Of a stretch of DNA of 16,866 nucleotides, positions 11,105 to 16,866 are shown piece after piece. The translations under genes were made by a program, and so were the position numbers. This DNA is from Ginkgo biloba (taxonomy: Eukaryota; Plantae; Ginkgophyta), in the NCBI GenBank assembly GCA_024626585.2, contig JANKJI020000004.1, forward strand, positions 5,777,953 through 5,794,818. Reading direction: 5' to 3'. Every line of letters starts with the position of its first letter. Positions within the stretch are counted from its first letter, which is position 1. The notes under the pieces were generated by a model. That model did not search any database. It had not been told where the DNA came from and saw only the letters and a program-made list of their open reading frames with translations.

Positions 11105-12417
11105 GTTACAAAAATCATCTCAACAAAAACTCTTGGTGATCACCAAGATTGATCACTCTCCTCCATGTTTCTGTAATTGATCTCATTGATTTTATGTACT
11201 CCTTAAGGCCTATACCCAATTCATTAACCAATGTAGCCAAAACCAAGACCTATATGCCAACTTTATCAAGAATAGATGAAAATAATCCAATCTTCAAGTG
11301 AAAAGAAATAAGATACTTCACACAGAAAAAGATTGTGGTGATAAAAGTTACTAATTGATAGTCCCTTCAACCAGTGAACTACTACAAGGCAAATAGGTGG
11401 TGAGCACAAAACTTGCATATTAGAGTGAATGGGACTGTGAAGAATTTGTGACAAAACCAATTATTCAAGTTTTCAAGAGAAACTCTTACCAAAGCTTTCA
11501 TAACTTGAAAGCTAGATTGTCCAGGATGTCCAATCAAGGAATCAGATAGGGATCAGAATATGTAGAAAGTTCGTCAAGCTAAACTTAGCTTGGAATATTC
11601 ATATGCTAGAAAACTAAAAGCAGCATGTTGTGCCTGTGCATATTCATGCTTTGTCACTACTAAGACTACGAGAGCTAACACTTGTAAATCTAATCCTACT
11701 AATGCGAAAAAGGAATGGATAATAATAGTGGATAATTTCCCCAATCTCATCCATTTATCATTTGAAATTTAATAGCAAAAAGAGTTGATATGTCATTACA
11801 GATGGGATGTGCCACATGTTACTGGAGGGATATATCATGTTCTGATCATTCTCAACTCTAAGTTGGTGTGAGCATATTTTTTTTGGCCTATAGGAAATCT
11901 CAAGCCATGAGAATAATGTTGTAGGCAGTATGTGCAAAGAGTGATGGCACCATCTGGTGCATGTAGAAAATGCCCAACATAGAAGTTCAATTTAAAGCTA
12001 GGAGCCTTACGAGGTAAGATCAATGTGGTACATATATGCTTCCTGTAAAGATCCTTTGGAATGGACTCATTAATCTCCTCCTCTTTCAGTCAGGGATTAG
12101 GAGCATCTGAGAAGAATATGTATCTAGGTAGTTAGTCTATGGAGATATGATGGTTTGCACTAGTGATAAAAGAATCACCCTAAGAATAATGGAAAATTTT
12201 CACCAATCTTAAAACAACTTTGTAATGGTTTTGTGGAAAGTTTGTAGATAGCAAGCATGTTTGAAGCTCGAGTTGTAGTGCTACGCCTAGGACTTGGCAG
12301 CAATGAAGATTTGTAAAAGAGATCTTCAAGAAACAATATTTCTTCTTTCAATTTAAGAATGCTGATTGTTAGCAGGATTCTTGTGACAATCCAAATCAGT
12401 CAAGTAACAAAGTATCT
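11105..12417 (-). pseudogene. Decayed reading frame of unknown family (probably TE- or virus-derived)
   Basis: One frame can be followed from ~12178 to 11106 (~358 codons) with about 14 stops, mostly TGA/TAG. A further ~60-codon open stretch lies upstream in another frame (ILKLKEEILFLEDLFYKSS...). No family motif recognised. Confidence 0.45.
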
Positions 12418-12438
12418 NNNNNNNNNNNNNNNNNNNNN

Positions 12439-12849
12439 TGATGTGGCAGCCATGAATGATGACATGGCATGAACTTGACAACGATATGACCTTGACGACA
12501 TGGCAAAAGTCGTGATGATGTGGCATAAGTTGATGATGTATTAACAACATAAACATGACGTCAACCTTAAAATAACACATTAATTGCAATATAAGTAGTT
12601 GTATTAATTGCAGCATTAAATGCTGATTAATTTCACAGAAAAGGACAGCATTTAATGCTGGTCAAAGTTGTGGTCAAAGCTACAGAAAAGGACAGTATCA
12701 CAGCTTTTAATGCTGGTCAAAGTCACAGAATAGGACAGCATTCAATGCTGGTCAATGTTGTGGTCAAAACTGGTCAAAACTGACCTGAATTAAGGTGTGT
12801 CTACAATGGTCATAGTTGCGGTCAACGTTGGTCAAAGCTGGCCTGAACT
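12439..12849. repeat. Compound repeat cluster, likely a DNA-transposon subterminal region
   Basis: GAYRTGGCA x4 (12440, 12461, 12497, 12517). Palindromic CAGCATTnAATGCTG x4 (12611, 12646, 12701 with one mismatch, 12736), linked by ACAGAAWAGGA. About 8 GGTCAA motifs between 12660 and 12835. Confidence 0.8.
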
Positions 12850-13478
12850 NNNNNNNNNNNNNNNNNNNNNNNNNNNNNNNNNNNNNNNNNNNNNNNNNNN
12901 NNNNNNNNNNNNNNNNNNNNNNNNNNNNNNNNNNNNNNNNNNNNNNNNNNNNNNNNNNNNNNNNNNNNNNNNNNNNNNNNNNNNNNNNNNNNNNNNNNNN
13001 NNNNNNNNNNNNNNNNNNNNNNNNNNNNNNNNNNNNNNNNNNNNNNNNNNNNNNNNNNNNNNNNNNNNNNNNNNNNNNNNNNNNNNNNNNNNNNNNNNNN
13101 NNNNNNNNNNNNNNNNNNNNNNNNNNNNNNNNNNNNNNNNNNNNNNNNNNNNNNNNNNNNNNNNNNNNNNNNNNNNNNNNNNNNNNNNNNNNNNNNNNNN
13201 NNNNNNNNNNNNNNNNNNNNNNNNNNNNNNNNNNNNNNNNNNNNNNNNNNNNNNNNNNNNNNNNNNNNNNNNNNNNNNNNNNNNNNNNNNNNNNNNNNNN
13301 NNNNNNNNNNNNNNNNNNNNNNNNNNNNNNNNNNNNNNNNNNNNNNNNNNNNNNNNNNNNNNNNNNNNNNNNNNNNNNNNNNNNNNNNNNNNNNNNNNNN
13401 NNNNNNNNNNNNNNNNNNNNNNNNNNNNNNNNNNNNNNNNNNNNNNNNNNNNNNNNNNNNNNNNNNNNNNNNNNNNNG

Positions 13479-13734
13479 ATCAAATAGGGTTAGTAATTGC
13501 TAACTTAATGTCCTAGGTTAGTAGACTATGTGAAAAATTTACTTTAGAATCATTTTTTCTTTTAAAAAGCTGGTTTTTTTTTTCATTTTTTTTTTGAGTG
13601 CGAATGACTGCCTGTCCACATGGGAATTTGAGGACAGCAACTGGGAACTGTCTGTATCCGTACCTGTCACCAGTGCGGGTACCATTCCCAGTTTGGGTAC
13701 CCAGCTCGATGTGGACGCACATCTGGTGTCTCTG
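13479..13734. mobile_element. Probable terminus of a hAT-like DNA transposon
   Basis: A T-rich tract is followed by a GC-richer subterminal block (GTATCCGTACCTGTC, GGGTACC x2) ending ...CATCTGGTGTCTCTG (reverse complement CAGAGACACCAG). The partner end is not visible. Confidence 0.45.
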
Positions 13735-14984
13735 GGTGTGAGAGATAAGTAATAAATGCTAGGGTTTAGTATGGGAGACCTAACCCGTGCATTTATGGTG
13801 TTGTGCTATCATTCTTGACGTTAAAAAATGATGCTTTGTACACCAAACTTGTGCAATTAATGTTCATGTGATGATGTCAAACTGCTTCTGTATAATAAAT
13901 GCATGCCTAATGTTATGAATGAATACCAAAGTTGTTGCTAACGTGGTTTCTACCCCTCGGACCCATGTCTGTCAACACTCATAGGTTGCAAGCTCCAGCT
14001 TTCTTCAGCCATTCTTGAAATTTACTTTTTGCTCTAAAAAATTAAGGGCTGCTAAGAATAGCAAAGAACAGTGATGGAGTTGTTCCATGTTTATACCCTT
14101 ATCCAAGAAAAACAAATTATAGTAGCAGGGCAGCATCCCCTCAATCTTTCTAAAGCTTTGTGCAACTCAGCTTTCAATGATGAATATCATCCAAGTTGAA
14201 GTGAAGTTTCAGAAGAGGCATTCTCGGTCAAGAGTTATAATTTGTATTTTTCAGACGGGAAGTTTTCAGCTTGCCATTCTGTTTTTATGGAGACGTCTGG
14301 TCATTTCAATACTGAATAAACTTTATCAGTTCTTTTGGGATTTTGATAGAGTTGCTTGGTCAATTCAGCAAACTTCATTATTTGTTTTAAGATTTGTTCT
14401 GTTTTTTGCCTGGGAAGTAACTGTGGCGAAGTAAAGTAAGAATTGACTAAAGATTCAGTCATGATTGTTCTGCAGAATGAAATGTGTGATGCAAAATGCT
14501 TTTAAATTACAGTATTGGTGAGCAAGACTTGGAGTATTTATAGAAGTGTTCATAAGGAACATGAGACTGAAGCTATTTGTAGAATGCCAAGAAAAGATAA
14601 CTTCATTTGTAAGATAGACATTAGATTAAAACACATTGCAAGTTTCATGATAGAAATATTGATAAAGATAGCTAGTGAAAGAATGTCTCGCTTAACTATG
14701 CAGTAAGCAGCAGCTGTGTTAGTGACAGAATGTGCCAGTTTTCATTTATAGTTGAAGTTTCATATGATGGATTCCATATTTGTGATATCATATTTTATAA
14801 TCTTTTTCACTTTCTATAAGTTAGAGAACAGTTTGTTTCTTGTGAAATCATTTTTTTTGTTTTTGAAGGTTTTATTCTGTATTTTTTGTCTAGATCGAAT
14901 TGTTGCATATACATCAAATGATTTCCTTTGTGTAAGGTTTTAAATCTGAAGTTTTCCGTGCGATGTAACCGAATCTTTTTACAG

Positions 14985-15095
14985 GGCTCTTCTTCAATAT
15001 CGAGTGCACAGTTTTTTGATCGGGATGAGGGGAACACTAATGCTTCAGCCCTTGACCTTACTGCGAGTGAACTTCTGTCAAGGTTGTCCATGCAG
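14985..15095 (+). CDS. AGD8: Internal (probably penultimate) coding exon of an ARF GTPase-activating protein of the AGD8/9/10 (ArfGAP2/3, Glo3) family
   Basis: Acceptor TCTTTTTACAG| and donor CAG|GTAAAC; 111 bp, phase 0/0, no stops. Peptide GSSSISSAQFFDRDEGNTNASALDLTASELLSRLSMQ matches, from recall, the second ISS repeat of the Glo3 motif plus the D[LI]TAS[DE]L..RLS.Q segment of plant AGD8/9/10. The symbol denotes the family; the exact paralog cannot be assigned. Confidence 0.9.
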
Positions 15096-15751
15096 GTAAA
15101 CTTCTATCCACTATTTTTTGGAAGTTATTCTATATTCTCATCAATATATATCACTTTTTTATTTACACACAAATTGTAGGATTCATTTGGCATGCAATTT
15201 CATGGACGATGTTTCATTGTGATTGTTTTTGGAAAATCTGTTTGAAGCACGTGCCTGTGACTGGTTGCTATCTTTGGGAAGTTTGCAAGCCTTAAATTTG
15301 TTCAAAGCTAAAATTAATCCAGCCATGGAAAATACGAGGTATACATGAAAGGAGATGCACATGCTTTATCAGAGGGTATTTAAGGTCNNNNNNNNNNNNN
15401 NNNNNNNNAAGGAACAAACAATATTTGTGTGATTGCCGTTTTCTTATCTTGTCCATTATTATCTTGCCAGTTTACATGCACAGTTTTTCCTCACTGTGGG
15501 GATGGTAAGAAGAAATAAAATCAGTAATTAGGACAAAAATGCATGGCATATAGGATTCAAAATGAAATACAAGTGACACTGAAAATTTCTTGTATTAACA
15601 AGGACACAAAAAACTGAATAAGAACCATTACAGAGAACATGTGAGTAGTTTNNNNNNNNNNNNNNNNNNNNNNNNNNNNNNNNNNNNNNNNNNNNNNNNN
15701 NNNNNNNNNNNNNNNNNNNNNNNNNNNNNNNNNNNNNNNNNNNNNNNNNNN

Positions 15752-16110
15752 ACATCTACCCTTTACACATGATGCAGACGGTTAAGATAACTTTCACGAA
15801 AGTTATATTACATAGACATTGTCAGAGAGTTCTCATCTGGGAAGGTCCTGTTGGTGATTCTCGGATGATGTCAGACTCCTCCGTTGGCGTCGATGATAGA
15901 TCCTTGTCAGAGTCAACCAAGGATAATTCATGTCATTGTCGGTTTGAGGTAGCTCTTGGCGGTGTCGGTAAAAGGACTCATGTCAGTGTCGGTGATGGAC
16001 TCCTGTTGGCNNNNNNNNNNNNNACTCTGGCATTTGTTGGTGAAGTGACTCCTGTCGGTGTCGATTTGAGTCAACTCAGACATTCATTGATACCTTTGTC
16101 CAACACTCCC
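15752..16110 (-). mobile_element. Putative LTR start with a degraded polypurine tract (minus strand)
   Basis: Minus strand reads AGGGAG|TGTTGGACAAAGG (PPT remnant at 16111-16106, LTR start at 16105), followed by a tandem-repeat block. It runs into the gap. Confidence 0.45.
15874..16066 (+). repeat. Degenerate ~24-bp tandem repeat (consensus ~GACTCCTGTCGGTGTCGGTGA), ~8 copies
   Basis: Unit starts at about 15874, 15899, 15925, 15951, 15975, 15998, 16023 (partly in a gap) and 16047; period 23-26 bp. Confidence 0.8.
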
Positions 16111-16866
16111 TATATATTGTCCATTGAAAGTCCTATAGTCCTCATGACTTTCATTTCCATCCATTTCTGTCGTTATACCTGAATGTCATCTAGGTCTCCA
16201 CAACATATCGTAGAGGGAAAACTATCAATGGTTAAACTCAGAAGTTGTTTTACCTTCGAAGATTTGCTTAGACAATTTTGCATTAGATATGGGCCTGCTA
16301 GATTAGGCCGTAGTGTGAGGATGATTTGCAAACATGTGATTTCGAAACTCTAGAGAAAGATGACATCATATTTTTCTAGTAAGTGAGCATTTGTTTCCTT
16401 GTTTTTTGGATTCGTTGGCGGAGAAGTCCACCAAGTCTTAGATCATTATCGTTCCATTAGCTATTGTATGTTGAGGATTTGACAGGACTCAGACTCTCAA
16501 CGATTGCAGTTGTAGCAGATTGGTCTTCGGTTGCATAGAGATTGTGCCCATTTAGTCTTCAGTGTTAGTAGGATAAGTGCTCTACAATTGTAGCAGTGAC
16601 ATTGGTCATTATTCACAACAACACAAGCTAGTTGCTAGTCGTAACATATTGTTCCCTGATCACAATGCTTCATTTTATTCTTCAATCGTCAAACAAAAGG
16701 CGCTTATGTATAATTAAAGATGCAATTAAATGTATTAAGTTACTTAAGGAAAGTGGTGACCTTTTGGATAGACATAATAAGAAGGCATATAAGTTGTATA
16801 TATATCGAAGATGTAGACATAAGAATGATCCTATTTTTCATCTAATGTATATTGATCATTGATTGT
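16111..16866. mobile_element. Probable further LTR-retrotransposon non-coding sequence
   Basis: No credible ORF. TATATATAT at ~16797 and general LTR-like composition; no diagnostic boundary. Confidence 0.2.

Larger units (their letters stand above)
1924..16023. other. Multiple assembly gaps
   Basis: Runs of exactly 100 N (e.g. 1924-2023, 4248-4347, 6888-6987, 11005-11104, 15652-15751), long sized gaps (8610-9132, 12850-13478) and several short ones. Confidence 1.

Noticed and set aside
12611-12750. CRISPR-like array of palindromic repeats
   Set aside because: Repeats are only 15 bp, the spacers share sequence and vary 20-40 bp, there are no cas genes, and the context is eukaryotic.
8466-13516. 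Long ORFs of 203-239 aa in the ORF track (8466-9175, 12764-13516)
   Set aside because: They consist almost entirely of N-gap X residues and are artefacts.
14807-15091. 94-aa minus-strand ORF overlapping the exon
   Set aside because: Antisense shadow of the ArfGAP exon plus T-rich intron; no motif.
15180-15338. Candidate next exon after TTGTAG| at 15179
   Set aside because: No frame matches the expected ArfGAP terminal exon (AQQD.SSLK..AGETGKKL).
15787-15806. ATAACTTTC-AC-GAAAGTTAT inverted repeat resembling loxP arms
   Set aside because: Arms are 9 bp with a 2-nt spacer, not 13+8+13, and there is no recombinase nearby; the likeness is superficial.
15769-16182. 137-aa ORF
   Set aside because: It runs through the GC-rich tandem repeat and a gap; no protein signature.

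Overview
This is eukaryotic DNA: AT-rich, CpG-poor and heavily gapped, most likely from a large-genome land plant (a non-angiosperm host is only an inference). The one convincing host gene piece is a clean 111-bp phase-0 exon (14985-15095, +) of an AGD8/9/10-type (ArfGAP2/3, Glo3-like) ARF-GAP gene. Its neighbouring exons are not visible, so much of the window is probably TE-filled intron. Recognisable TE remains are a decayed Ty3/gypsy RNase H-integrase region (2024-3257), an abutting non-LTR retrotransposon AP-endonuclease domain (3260-4247), two related LTR-like sequences (557-1317, 4459-5059), further putative LTRs, two hAT-like termini and several short repeat arrays. The main unexplained element is a ~1.1-1.3 kb decayed minus-strand reading frame at 11105-12417 that I cannot assign to any family. 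I see no convincing novel functional system, CRISPR array or RNA gene. Many gaps are exactly 100 N (size unknown), so adjacency across them is uncertain. All translations and coordinates were worked out by hand.
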